DNA of 64,000 nt from a virus. Positions 36,290-47,200 of the stretch are shown here, in pieces. The notes beneath the pieces are model-generated. The model saw only the letters and a list, made by a program, of their open reading frames with translations. It had not been told where the DNA came from and did no database searches. Where the stretch lies: positions 1 through 64,000 of IMG/VR virus record IMGVR_UViG_3300044801_000208; one strand, given 5' to 3'. The number at the start of each line of letters is the position of its first letter. The stretch's first letter is position 1. The translations under genes were made by a program, and so were the position numbers.

Positions 36290-38620
36290 TTACGAGTTTT
36301 CGTCACTTTGGTATAAGCCTTGTGAATTCACGATGTCGGGTGCCTCGGTCGTGTCCCTAGCAAGGGAGGCGCTTATCGCCTTTTGCTGAGTTTCGATGCG
36401 GTCGGTCTTCACGATGGAGCGCAGGGTCGTGGCCTCCGTGACCATGTCGCCCGTGCAGTGGTACTGGAGGTTGCCCTGGTGCGTGACATCCACGTCCCCT
36501 ATGATGTTGAGGCGCATGGCCTTGCCCTGCGCGTTCGGGAGGATCGTGATCTCGATGCCGCCGTCCAGCGCGGCGGTGACGGAGCGCCCCATCAGGTCCT
36601 TGCCGAGGGCCATGACGACGCCGCCCGCGAGGTCCAGCAGGAGGGACTGCCCCGTCGCCGGGTTGGAGCCGAGGCGGAGCAGGAAGTCCATGACCGCGTG
36701 CAGGTCCAGCGAGCGGCCGGAGGAGTCCATGCTCATGACGGGCGGCCCGCTCCAGCTGTAGGGCGGGTAGTCGTTGGCGGACGGGGGCGAGCCCGCCTGC
36801 GTGAGGTCGTGGAACTGGTAAATGCTGTCCCCCGCGCCGTAGGTCGGCCTGCCGGGGCTCTTGGAGTCCACGCGGGAGGAGTCGCCGACCGCGTAGGCCG
36901 TCTTGCCCGGCCCGTCCGCGTAGCCGTTGATGAGGTGCCTGCGGAGGGACTGCGCGTTCTTCGCGCCGAGGCGCAGCACGACGCCGCCGTCCGCCGCCGC
37001 CCTGACGGAGATGTTCTCCCCGCCCACCTTGTTCGTGAGGCTCACGGCGTCGCCGGGGATGAGCCTGGACTTCGCCCAGTACTGCACGGGCTTGCCGTCC
37101 GCGTAACGCTTGGCGGGCGTGTCGCCCTTGCTCCTGATCTGCGTGAGGACGGAGCGCCGCGAGTCCGGCAGAGACGTGTCGTCCGCGCCGAGGCGGAGGA
37201 CCGACTGCCCGAGGACCTGCGCGTCTAGCGCGTCCTCCTCGTCGCGGTTCTTGCCGACGACGAGCTTGGCGGAGCCTACGAGGTGCGCCTCAAGGGAGCG
37301 CCCGGCCCCGTGCGGGTGCTCGTAGCCGCCCTGGAGCGGGATGTTCTCCTTCGGCAGAGTGGAGCCGATCTCAAGGCTGGTGAAGCCCTCCTTAGTGACG
37401 TCGAGGCGCGTCGTGTTCTGCTCGTACGGGAACCTGACCGCCAGGCAGGAAGCGGCGAGCCTGGCCTCCTCGTGGTCCGGGGAGTCGACGACCGGGAGGT
37501 AGCCCGACTCCACGTCCGCGCCGAAGCGCCCGTTGTAGTTGTACGGGAACAGGACGGGCTTGAGCACGTAGCCGTAGGTGGACTTGTCGTAGATGTTGTA
37601 GCCGACGAGCGTGCCCTGCGCCCGCTCCAGGATGTAGGCGCGTCGCGCGGGGGTCGAGCCCTCGTTGAGCGTCGGCCCGACGGCGCTGACCCTGTCGTCG
37701 TACGGGTCGTCCCAGCCCTGGTTGACCGTGAAGGTCTCGTTGTCGTACGCGGGGACGTTCCCGGCCGCCGGGGTGACGGTGGTCCTGCCCCACGGGTCCG
37801 CCGTGGTGCCGAGGATCGTGTCGAGCAGGCTGGTCTGAAGCACCTCGTAGGGCACGGGGTAGTCCAGCGAGTACTCCTGGATCAGCTCCGTGTTCTCGGA
37901 GAACGGGATCACGTCCTGCTTGCCGCCGACGTAGCGATCGCTGGGCTGCGAGCCGGGCTGGAGGTAGACGATGTAGTCCGACGTGCCGTCCGGCAGGACG
38001 ACGGGGACGACCGTAGGGGCCGTCGTGTTCGGGCGGTTGACGGAACCGACGTACGAGACCCCGGCGTCGTCGTACCCGACCCTGCGCCCGGCGATCTGCG
38101 TCCACTGGCGCTTGTCTGAGTCCGCCTTGTCGCGGTCCATCGCCGCCGACTGCCTGTCCCAGGACGTGTCGACCTTCTCCGAGAAGCCGCCCGTGTAGGA
38201 GGACGTTTTCTGGCCTGGGGTCGCCTTCCGCCACGTGGCGCGGAGGCGGTCGGAGTAGCCCTGAATGCGGTCGCCGGAAATCTGCCTGCTAGCGATGGCG
38301 TCCACGCTGGGGTACTGCTGTGCGTTGACCCAGCCGAGGATCATCACCTGGCGGTAGCCGCGCTCGTAGGAATAGTTCGCGGCCAGGCCGATGGAGCCCT
38401 GCTCCGGCATGTTCGTGTCGCCGCCGGTGAGCCCGGAGTAGTTCGCCGGAAAAACGCTAATCTCCGAGTAGACAAGCCCGTCCTTGACATCCTCCACGGT
38501 CAGGACCTTCCGCTCGTAGTCCACCGTCAGCACCTCGACGATGAATATCTCGTAGGCGAGCCTGTCGTTGGTGCGGTTGAACGTCGGCCTGTAGTTGCTG
38601 TTTTCCCTTACTGGGGGCAT
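36290..38620 (-). CDS. putative baseplate spike/hub (gp5/GpV-like) protein
   Basis: N-terminal OB-like V..VDYE...MPE.G segment; beta-helix-like C-terminus; position in the tail module. Confidence 0.5.
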   Translation of the reverse strand: MPPVRENSNYRPTFNRTNDRLAYEIFIVEVLTVDYERKVLTVEDVKDGLVYSEISVFPANYSGLTGGDTNMPEQGSIGLAANYSYERGYRQVMILGWVNAQQYPSVDAIASRQISGDRIQGYSDRLRATWRKATPGQKTSSYTGGFSEKVDTSWDRQSAAMDRDKADSDKRQWTQIAGRRVGYDDAGVSYVGSVNRPNTTAPTVVPVVLPDGTSDYIVYLQPGSQPSDRYVGGKQDVIPFSENTELIQEYSLDYPVPYEVLQTSLLDTILGTTADPWGRTTVTPAAGNVPAYDNETFTVNQGWDDPYDDRVSAVGPTLNEGSTPARRAYILERAQGTLVGYNIYDKSTYGYVLKPVLFPYNYNGRFGADVESGYLPVVDSPDHEEARLAASCLAVRFPYEQNTTRLDVTKEGFTSLEIGSTLPKENIPLQGGYEHPHGAGRSLEAHLVGSAKLVVGKNRDEEDALDAQVLGQSVLRLGADDTSLPDSRRSVLTQIRSKGDTPAKRYADGKPVQYWAKSRLIPGDAVSLTNKVGGENISVRAAADGGVVLRLGAKNAQSLRRHLINGYADGPGKTAYAVGDSSRVDSKSPGRPTYGAGDSIYQFHDLTQAGSPPSANDYPPYSWSGPPVMSMDSSGRSLDLHAVMDFLLRLGSNPATGQSLLLDLAGGVVMALGKDLMGRSVTAALDGGIEITILPNAQGKAMRLNIIGDVDVTHQGNLQYHCTGDMVTEATTLRSIVKTDRIETQQKAISASLARDTTEAPDIVNSQGLYQSDENS

Positions 38621-38627
38621 GTCTTCC

Positions 38628-41549
38628 TTATGACTGCTGCGCCTTGTTCGGCTGCGACATCTTGAACGCCGCTATCTCGGCCAGCGTGTTCAGCTTGGGC
38701 GCGATGCCCTGCGCGGACGTGCCGAACTTCGCGGACTGCGGGAGCGGAGTCAGCGGGTAGGACGGCGGCTTGTTCTGGCTCGCGATCAGGGTCTCCTGGA
38801 CGGCCGGGATCGGCGCGGCGTACCCAGAGACTAATACGTCGACGAGCTGCTGGTCGGCGTTTTGCGCCCCGGCGATGAGGGCAGCGGCGATGGTGTCCTC
38901 GGGCTGCGCGGTGTTGAGGAGGCTCTGGTCGGAGTACACGCCCGGCTGGTCGTACTTCAGCACGATGACCGTGGCGTCGGGCTGGAACGCGGGGTTCTGC
39001 TGCTGGCCGCCCTTCGGGTTGCTGGTGGACGGCGGGATCGCCGTGCTGCTGAGGCCGCCGACCGTGGACTGCAAGGAGGACATGGCGGTGAGGAGCTGGT
39101 TGGACGCGTCGCCGGAGGCGCTGGGCGTGCCGAGCCCGGCGAACAGCAGGGCGTCCGTGCTCTGGAGCACGACCACGTCGTTGAGCGTGAGCGGGGCGTT
39201 GGTGCCGACCCAGCCAGCCTCCGTGAACTCGTGGATCGCCGCGTTGAGGTTCTGCCACCTGCCCCACGGGAACGGCGCGACGAGCTCGTAGCCCTTGTCG
39301 TCCGTGTACGGGATGGTCGAGTGCGTGGTCAGGCTGCCGCTCTTGCTCCCTACCAGCTTCTCCATGTACTTGTAGTCCGCCGGGATGAACTGGCCCGCGT
39401 TGAAGTAGCCCTGGTTCGTGCCCGGCGCGATGGTGCCCTGGGCCTGGCTCCCGTCGTTCTTGACCACGTACACGGCCGTCGGCGAGGAGAACGCGTTCTC
39501 GTAGGTCTGCTTGACGACGTTGGATTTGTAGGAGTGAATCTTGACCTGGTCGTTCGACGGGGCGAGCTTCGTGCCGTCCGTGTTCGTGTCCGGGACGGGC
39601 AGGGTGGTCGACGAGCCGACGATGCTGCTGGGGCTCGATCCGCTCTGGCTCACTTGCTGCGGCCCGCCTGCGATGTTGTTGGCGTTGGCCGTGAACACCC
39701 CGACGCTGTTCCCCGGCGACTGGCCCGGGTCGATCGAGGTCGGCTGCTTCGGGTTGTCCGTCCACTGGAGCACGAGGTTCGGGGCGGAGGTGTATGCAGC
39801 GTACGACTTCTGGGTGGTGCCGCCCGTGGACACGGTCTGCCAGGTGTTGACTAGGACCCTGCGGCGCACTGAGTCGCACGTCACCGTCATGGTCGCGGTG
39901 CCGCCGACCTGGTACTGGATGTTGACGGACTTCACGTACGCGTACATGTCCTTGTGCGGGATGAACACTGGGAACCCGAGCTTGATCTCAGGGCGCAGCG
40001 GGATCGTGACCGTGTAGGTGCGGTAGCCACGGTTGGCCCTGGCCGTCTCCGCGCAGGCGTGGGCGAACAGGGAAATCTTGTCAAACGGCAGCCACGGCAC
40101 CATGTAGGCTGGCTCCTCGCGGAGGCCGAACTTCGCCATTTTAGCGACGTCGGTCCACTCCACGGTCGGCGAGATGTTCGCCGGGTAGTTGATGTTGAGG
40201 TCGCGGTCCTTGTTCCCCGTGAGCGTCGTGCGCGTCCTGCGGATGGCGCTCTGGTCCTCCGTCTCCTGCTCCGTCAGAATCTCCGACAGGTAGATGACGA
40301 ACGGGTTGTTGTTCTCGTAAATCTGCGTCAGCGGGTTCGTCAGGCTGTTCGAGCGGGTTCCGCTCGACGGGCTGCTCTGGATCGCGTCCGGCCCGAGGTT
40401 CCTGAGCGTGGACTGCTGGTTGGCCTGCGCCTGCTGGTCCGTGACCACGGGGTCGGAGGTCGTCTGCTGCGAACGCGACCCGAGGTCCGTCACGTCCAGG
40501 TTGTAGAGCGGCGGCTTGATGATGATCTTACCGTCGATGTCCTGGTACCCCTCGAAGTCGATCATGTTCACGACCTGGCGGATCATGTCCAGGCGGTTCA
40601 CGATGACGTTGTCTGTGAGGTTCTGCTGGGTGATGGTCTTGAACGGAGCGTACTTCTGGATGTTCTGGTAGTAGGTCTGGTTCGCGTTCTCCTTGACCGA
40701 CTCCTTCTGTGCCGTGTGCCTCTGGACGGACGCCGCCTTCGTGTCCTTGCCCGCCTCCTTGTACGCCTTGCTCCTCTGCATCAGCGTCGACTGGCCGAGG
40801 TTGTCCTTGTTCGGGCCGTAGATGTGGACGTCCTTCACCATCTGGAACAGGATCGCCTGCCACTTGGCCATGTAGCCGCGCTGCACGGCGTCAAAGAACG
40901 GGTTGCCTTTTACGAGAGCGTCCTGCTCAAGCGAGGAAAACTGAAAGCCGTCCGACTGGAAACCCTCCGTGAAAATGGCCGCGAGCGTCTCGAAGCAGTC
41001 GCAGTTCGCCAGGATAGACTGCCAGATCGTCAGGTTCGACCCGGTGTTCACGGCAGTGTTCACGGCCGGGTGGATGTTGATCATCATCTTCTCCAGCATG
41101 TACATCGCGCCGTGGCACTGGACGTCGATCTGGAGGGTCTTGCCGTTGTCGTTGTAGCTGATGTGCGAGGTGACGCCCTTGAACACGCGGCGGTAGATCG
41201 TGTCGCCCTGCGAGGACATGTAGTACGCCTTCGCGTAGACCTGTACCTGCGCCATAGTCTGTAGCAGGTTGTTGCCGCCCGGCGTCTGGTACAGGTACTT
41301 CTGGAAGTTCGGCACCTGGAGCCCGATGGAGCAGTTCGGAACGAGCATGTCAGTATCGTACCCTGCGCTGAAGGACGCCACGTGATCGTTGAAGTTGACG
41401 AGCGTGTACGCCTTCCCGGTGGTCTGGTCGTTCAGGAAGTAGTTAGTCAGGTACGGGAGCCCGTCAATGTAGACGACGACATCGGGTGCCGTCTTGATGA
41501 TTTCCCTCTCCTGGCAGGTTTGGGAAATGTTTCTAATCATGCTAGTCAT
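38628..41549 (-). CDS. putative baseplate hub protein
   Basis: 973 aa; FEGYQDIDGKIIIKPP and TIPLRPEIKLGFPV motifs resembling jumbo-phage hub proteins. Confidence 0.55.
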   Translation of the reverse strand: MTSMIRNISQTCQEREIIKTAPDVVVYIDGLPYLTNYFLNDQTTGKAYTLVNFNDHVASFSAGYDTDMLVPNCSIGLQVPNFQKYLYQTPGGNNLLQTMAQVQVYAKAYYMSSQGDTIYRRVFKGVTSHISYNDNGKTLQIDVQCHGAMYMLEKMMINIHPAVNTAVNTGSNLTIWQSILANCDCFETLAAIFTEGFQSDGFQFSSLEQDALVKGNPFFDAVQRGYMAKWQAILFQMVKDVHIYGPNKDNLGQSTLMQRSKAYKEAGKDTKAASVQRHTAQKESVKENANQTYYQNIQKYAPFKTITQQNLTDNVIVNRLDMIRQVVNMIDFEGYQDIDGKIIIKPPLYNLDVTDLGSRSQQTTSDPVVTDQQAQANQQSTLRNLGPDAIQSSPSSGTRSNSLTNPLTQIYENNNPFVIYLSEILTEQETEDQSAIRRTRTTLTGNKDRDLNINYPANISPTVEWTDVAKMAKFGLREEPAYMVPWLPFDKISLFAHACAETARANRGYRTYTVTIPLRPEIKLGFPVFIPHKDMYAYVKSVNIQYQVGGTATMTVTCDSVRRRVLVNTWQTVSTGGTTQKSYAAYTSAPNLVLQWTDNPKQPTSIDPGQSPGNSVGVFTANANNIAGGPQQVSQSGSSPSSIVGSSTTLPVPDTNTDGTKLAPSNDQVKIHSYKSNVVKQTYENAFSSPTAVYVVKNDGSQAQGTIAPGTNQGYFNAGQFIPADYKYMEKLVGSKSGSLTTHSTIPYTDDKGYELVAPFPWGRWQNLNAAIHEFTEAGWVGTNAPLTLNDVVVLQSTDALLFAGLGTPSASGDASNQLLTAMSSLQSTVGGLSSTAIPPSTSNPKGGQQQNPAFQPDATVIVLKYDQPGVYSDQSLLNTAQPEDTIAAALIAGAQNADQQLVDVLVSGYAAPIPAVQETLIASQNKPPSYPLTPLPQSAKFGTSAQGIAPKLNTLAEIAAFKMSQPNKAQQS

Positions 41550-41616
41550 GAGTTGAGCTCTCCAACGCCGCAGTCATGGACTACAACAGTCTGCGAGATG
41601 TTGCGGATCATGCTCG

Positions 41617-42762
41617 TCACGGCTTGCCTCCCAGCGTGTCAGTGAAGGGCCCGCCCGGCAGGGTCGGGTCGATCAGCCAGGGCGTGTAGGGCAGGAAATC
41701 CGAAGAGGTCGGGTCGTTCTCTGGGAACGTGTTGGACGCCGTCGACGAGTCCACGGACGGCGACTGGAGCGCGGGCTGCGACTGCGGCGCGACGGGCGGC
41801 GGCGGCCCGTAGGTGACATTGGTCGCGGAGGAGTTCTGCGTCGTGCCCTGCTGCGTCGTCAGGGCGGTCGGCTTCCACGCGCCGTAGGTGTGCCCGCGCT
41901 GGACGTTGTTCGGGATCAGGTTCGCGTACGGGGAGCTCCTGCGGAAACGCTCCTTCCAGGCGACGAAGGTGATGCTGAAGTTCATGAGGTACGGCGCGTT
42001 CGCGTCCTGGGACACGGTCAGGGAGTCGAACATCCCGTACCAAATGAAGTTCCCGACCCAAAGCTCCACGTCCTGGTGCATCTTGATGCGGCGGCGTGTG
42101 AAATCGGCGGCCAGCGGGCCCTCGTTGAGCTGCTCGCCCTCAAACCAGTAGCCGTTGTTCTCGAACACCACTAGGAGCTGCTCAAGGTTACGCCACGACT
42201 CCGTGTACGGCTGGAGCGCGTCCGTGAGGCCGAAAGAGAAGTACTGCCCCGCCGTCTTGCCGGACATGGTGATGCTGAGGGAGTCCTCGCCCCACACGCC
42301 GATCTGCCAGCCTGCGCGGGTCATGGCCTGTCCGTCAAGCGTGGTGCGGCTGACCTGCACCGTCGCGGGGTTGATCAGGAAGCGGAACACGGCGGGCGGG
42401 CCGTTCCCGGCCGGGGTCCCGGTGGAGGTCAAACCACGGCCGGGGATACGCACGATGACGTAGTCCACGAACGGCTCCATGGCGGCCGTGACGTAGAAGT
42501 CACTGCCGGAGGAGAGCACCGTCCTCCCGGTCGGCCCGTTCGGGGTCGGGGGCGCGTTCCCGGTCTTGAGGAAGGCGTCCGTGACCCCGTCGTTCAGGTC
42601 GATCGGACTGATCGGGCAGGGGATGATCCTCTTCTCGCCGCGTATCGGGAGCTGGGTCGGCGAGACGCCGGAGGCCTGGGCCCCGTCCGGCCGAACGTCG
42701 CTGAGGTCCGGGCTGTTCGCGTTCGTGTTCACCTGCGCGTTGTTGGCGTTGCTGCTGGGCAT
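41617..42762 (-). CDS. tail/baseplate structural protein
   Basis: FLINP......TRAGW...WGE....I..SG.T ... YG.F.S.....DA..PY...F.I.F (tube-initiator-like). Confidence 0.55.
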   Translation of the reverse strand: MPSSNANNAQVNTNANSPDLSDVRPDGAQASGVSPTQLPIRGEKRIIPCPISPIDLNDGVTDAFLKTGNAPPTPNGPTGRTVLSSGSDFYVTAAMEPFVDYVIVRIPGRGLTSTGTPAGNGPPAVFRFLINPATVQVSRTTLDGQAMTRAGWQIGVWGEDSLSITMSGKTAGQYFSFGLTDALQPYTESWRNLEQLLVVFENNGYWFEGEQLNEGPLAADFTRRRIKMHQDVELWVGNFIWYGMFDSLTVSQDANAPYLMNFSITFVAWKERFRRSSPYANLIPNNVQRGHTYGAWKPTALTTQQGTTQNSSATNVTYGPPPPVAPQSQPALQSPSVDSSTASNTFPENDPTSSDFLPYTPWLIDPTLPGGPFTDTLGGKP

Positions 42763-42837
42763 AATTTACTCGATCTGGTCCGGCACGGAGGACGTCGACG
42801 TCGGCACTGGGCCCGCGTTGGCCGCCTCGCTTAGCGC

Positions 42838-44274
42838 CTAGGCCAGCGTGGCGGCCGGGCTCGGTGTGAACAGAGACGTATAGGTCCTCTCTACTTGAAA
42901 GATAAAATTGAACTTCCATTGATACGGACTGTCCGCTGTCATTTCCCACGACAAACTTTTGAAGTACCCCAGATACACAGAATTCCTGTACTTCATGGCC
43001 ACGTAGCCGCGAGTCATCACGTCGTTGTTGCGGGCGGCCTGCTGGAAGGAACTAGCGCCCGTCGACGGCGACCACGCGTTCGGCGCGGCCTGGTCCTGGC
43101 CCGTGAACACGCCCTGGTAGTTCTGGCTGTAGAACCACACGTTGCCGTTCATCTGGAACAGCTTCATGAACTCCACGAACGCGTCCTGGGCGGCGACGCG
43201 GAACGCCTCGGGGTTGGCGGCGATCGCCATCTCCACGTCCGGGCTGTCCGGGTACGCCGCGCCGATCAGCCGGGCGATGGTGTCATTGATCGACGCCGTG
43301 CTGTAGTAGTCGGTCAGCCCCGCCTGGTTCATGAACACGCCCGTGGTGCCGCTGCCGCTGATGAGGTCGGGCTGCATGCCCCAGAGCGTGACGTGCATCC
43401 CCGTGCGGGACGGCTGGCGGTTGAAGACGTGCTTGCTGGTGAGCTCGAACGTCTGAATCGAGGTGTTGAGCTGCACCTGGATCGGCTCGTACGTCTGCGG
43501 GTTATACATCAGCCCGTTAGTGGCGTCGGGGACGTAGCCCCCGGAGCTGGTCCGGGTGAAATACACCAGGAAGGACACGGGCTGGACGGCGGCCCTGACG
43601 CGCCTGTTCCCGGTCGTGAGGTTCTCGTCGTCGTACCACGGCGTGGCGTCCAGCCCGGCGTCTATCTGGAGGTCCGGGTTCATGGAGGCCTGTAGCGCGG
43701 CCACCTGCTGGTTGGCCACGTCGGGGTCCGAGCCGCTGCCGTAGTTGAGGCCGGAGGTGCCCGGGTCTATGAGGTTCCCCACCTCGGTGGACGCCGTGCC
43801 CGTGTCGTCTAGCGCCTGGCTCTTGAGCATGAGCAGCCTGGACACGGAGCGGCTGCCCGCCTGGGCGGCGAGGCCGGACACGCTGTACACGAAGCTCTGC
43901 GCGAGGGGCAGCGCCGGGATTCCGTGCTGGACCTGGACCGCGTTGACGGAGGTGACGTAGGCGGCGAGGGCGAACGGGTAGCTGCCGACGAAGACCTGCA
44001 AGAGCGCGGCCATGTACTCGATCCCCGCCTGGATGTTCCCCGCTGTGTTGTAGACGTCCAGCCCGAGCTGCGCGACGGAGCTCGGGAGCACGCCCATCAC
44101 CCCGACGAACTGCCCGTTCTCGGTGACGTTCTGCTCCGCGTCGTATTGCTGGCCCCCGGACATGTACTGCGCGATCGCGGAGCAGACCAGCGGGTCCACG
44201 CCGTACTGCGAGGCGTAGCTGTTGATCTGGTCCTGCACGGCCTGCGGGAGCGAGATGAATAGGGGGGTCGACAT
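42838..44274 (-). CDS. lytic transglycosylase (SLT-like) domain fused to a tail-tube-initiator-like domain
   Basis: A.QYGVDP....AI...S..., GVMGVLP, NI.AG..Y, ALAAY; C-terminus paralogous to 41617 (YLGYF.S......PYQW.F.F.F). Confidence 0.65.
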   Translation of the reverse strand: MSTPLFISLPQAVQDQINSYASQYGVDPLVCSAIAQYMSGGQQYDAEQNVTENGQFVGVMGVLPSSVAQLGLDVYNTAGNIQAGIEYMAALLQVFVGSYPFALAAYVTSVNAVQVQHGIPALPLAQSFVYSVSGLAAQAGSRSVSRLLMLKSQALDDTGTASTEVGNLIDPGTSGLNYGSGSDPDVANQQVAALQASMNPDLQIDAGLDATPWYDDENLTTGNRRVRAAVQPVSFLVYFTRTSSGGYVPDATNGLMYNPQTYEPIQVQLNTSIQTFELTSKHVFNRQPSRTGMHVTLWGMQPDLISGSGTTGVFMNQAGLTDYYSTASINDTIARLIGAAYPDSPDVEMAIAANPEAFRVAAQDAFVEFMKLFQMNGNVWFYSQNYQGVFTGQDQAAPNAWSPSTGASSFQQAARNNDVMTRGYVAMKYRNSVYLGYFKSLSWEMTADSPYQWKFNFIFQVERTYTSLFTPSPAATLA

Positions 44275-44281
44275 AGGTTAT

Positions 44282-47200
44282 TTATTTCTGCGCCGGGGAC
44301 GAGCCGTGCTCCGACGGCGCTGCGCCCGTGCTGCCCGGCGGCGGGACGATCGTGCTGGCGTCAGTGGTGAAAATGTTCCAGACGGTGGTGGCGGCAGACT
44401 TGGTCTCGGCCCCCGCTCTGCTGGCCAGGTTGCCCCAGTAGTCGGCCGCTATGTCGAGCTTCTTCTGCTCCCACTTCTGGAGGTCGTTCTGCGGCATGCC
44501 TCCGGCGGCCAGGCCCTTGCCCGTCGCCGCCTCGATCAGCTTCGACGTCGCCTCCTCCTGGTCGCTGCTCCTGTACATCCCCTGGCCCTTGGTGTCCGTA
44601 AGCTTGGCGAGGAGCTCGTGGTCGTTCTTCAGCCCCTCCTCCAGGGTCTTCCCCTGCTCCTGTAGCGCCTTCTTCTGCTCGTCGGAGCCCGGGGGGAGCT
44701 TCGCTATCTGGTTGGCGATGTCCTGGAGGTGGGCCCCCGACTCCTGTATGCGGTCCTTGACCGCCTTGACCGAGTCGTCGATCTGCCCCGACGTCTCCGC
44801 GAAATCCTTCTTGAGGTCCTCCGTGTCGCTGCCGCCCGAGAGCCACTGCACGGCGTCCACGATCTTGCCCACGCCGGTGAGGAGCTCGGTGAACCACGGC
44901 TTGAACACATTGGTGAGGATGTCACCTATCGTCTGGGTCTTCTCGGCGATGTCCGTCTTGGCCACGGAGAGAGTGGCGGCGAGCTGCTCGTCGCCGACCT
45001 TGCTGGAGTCGCCAGCGTGCTTCACCAGCGACAGACCCCAGTCGTTGGCGGCCTGGAGCTCCTTCACGTTCAGCTTGCTGAGGTCGCCCTCCTTGACGGT
45101 CGCGTCCAGGAGGTCGGACAGCTGGTCCTCCGACATCTTGTTGAGGTCCTCGAACGTCCCCTTGCCCTTCTGGGACAGGAACATCGGGATGCCGCCCTTG
45201 TCCTTGGACATGTAGAGCGCCTTGACCATCTCCTTGATGTTCTGCCGCCTGTCGGCCGTGCCGGGGGCCGCCTGCTCGATGTCCTGCATGCGGGTCGTCA
45301 TCGCCCTAGACGTAAGCTGGTTGAGGGCGTCCTGCGTCTCCTTCAGGGACTTGGTGCCGAGCATGGGCATGAGCTGGCCCATCATGATGTTCTGTGACAT
45401 CCCCACTTTGCCCGGCTTGGGGTAGAGGAGGTCGCCCATGCTCACGTGCGAGAGCTTGAGCACCTTGTCGATGTTCCTGATCGACTCCTCGGTGGCCTGT
45501 ATTGGGCTGGCCCCGAACCTGAGCTTAGCCGACTCCCTGAGCCCCGGCGTCGCCTCCATCTGTCCGGAGAGCTGCTGAATCTGCGCGATCAGCTTGTCGT
45601 ACTGGTCCATGAGCGGTGCCGCGACGGTCGCGTCCTTGCCCCTGAGCCCGGCGAGCCCGATCTTGCCCTTCTGCGCCGCCACGAGCGCGGCCGAGTAGTC
45701 ACCGGCCGCCATCGCCGCCTTAATCTCCGGGGCCGAACTGGGCACCTTCCCGGTGAGCTGCGACTTCGAGATGCTGTCGGCGATCTGGTCACTGGTGTCC
45801 AGCACCGTGTTCGCCATCGCCTTGCGCGTCGCCGCCAGGAGGTCCTTGTTCTCATCCGTGGCCGCGAATATCTTGGTCGCGATGTTGTCCGGCGACACCT
45901 TCTCCCCCTTCAGGAGGAACTCCATCATGTCCTTGAGAGACTCGGAGCTGATGGCCCCGTAGCGGCTGAGCTCTCGCATCATGTTGGTAGTCTGCTCCAG
46001 CGACTTGTTCATGCGGTCAAAGTGGCTGCTTACCTCGTCGATGACTTTGAGGTACTTCGTGGTCGAGATGCCCGCCGCCTGCGTGTCCTTGTTCAGCTTG
46101 TTGAAGAACTGCTCCGAGCTGGTCAGCGTCTCGCCGTACTGCTCCAGCAGCTTGATGAGCTGGTCCGCGCCCTCCGTGTCCGTCAGCCCGGCCACGCGGG
46201 CCGCGCCGAACACCGTCCTCTGCGCGAGGCCGAGGCCGCCGCCCATGAACTCGCCCTGCGCTCCCGGCATCATGTTGGCCGACATGGGCGCTCCTGGAGC
46301 CATGGCCCCGCTGATGCCGAAGCCGCCCTGCGCCATCGCGCCCGCGAGCTCGAGGTTGCGCTGGAAGGTCGCGCCGAGGGCGACGCCCCCGCCGCCGAGG
46401 AGCCCCTGGTTGAGCGCCTGCCGCGCCTGGTTGAACGGGTCCTGAAAGCCAGCCGTGAAGATGCCGCCCTTGCCGAGCTTGGCCTCCATGTCCTTGTTCT
46501 GCTTGACGTAGGAGTTGAAGATTTCGTAGAGCGCCCAGATCGCGCCCACCACGAGCTCGAGCGGCAGCATGATGCCCTCAAGCGCGGTGACCGCCGTGAG
46601 GACCCCGTCCTCAAGCGCACCCATCGCCGTCGCGATGGCCCCGCCGCCCGCCTCCATGACCCCGCCGTACGCCGCCCCGACCTCGCCGCCCGTGGCCATT
46701 GCCTCCTCGCCCGCCTCGCCCGCCTCGAACGCCTCGGCCCCGGGAAGCGCCTCCCCGGCCTTCGACCTGAAGCCCATCTTCCTAGAGAGGAGCTTCCTGG
46801 CGTCCTCCTTCTTCAGGTCGATCTTGGCCATTGCCTCCTCGCCCGCCTCGAACGCCTCGGCCCCGGGAAGCGCCTCCCCGGCCTTCGACCTGAAGCCCAT
46901 CTTCCTAGAGAGGAGCTTCCTGGCGTCCTCCTTCTTCAGGTCGATCTTGCCCGTCTCGGGGTCAAGGTGGGCTGCGTTGCCCAAGGACTCGATATCCTTG
47001 ATGGACCTCTCGCGCTTCTCCTCCATGTGCTTCTTGGTGGCCTTGGCCCGCATGTCCTTGGACGCGGCGACCGCCGCCTTGATCTCCTGCGCCTGCTCCA
47101 GGCGGCGCTCCATCCGCGTCGCGAACCCCTTCCCTATGCCTAGTGAGCTGAGGATGCCGGACGCGCCCTTGATGGCCGCGCCCGTCTTGGTGAGGTTGGC

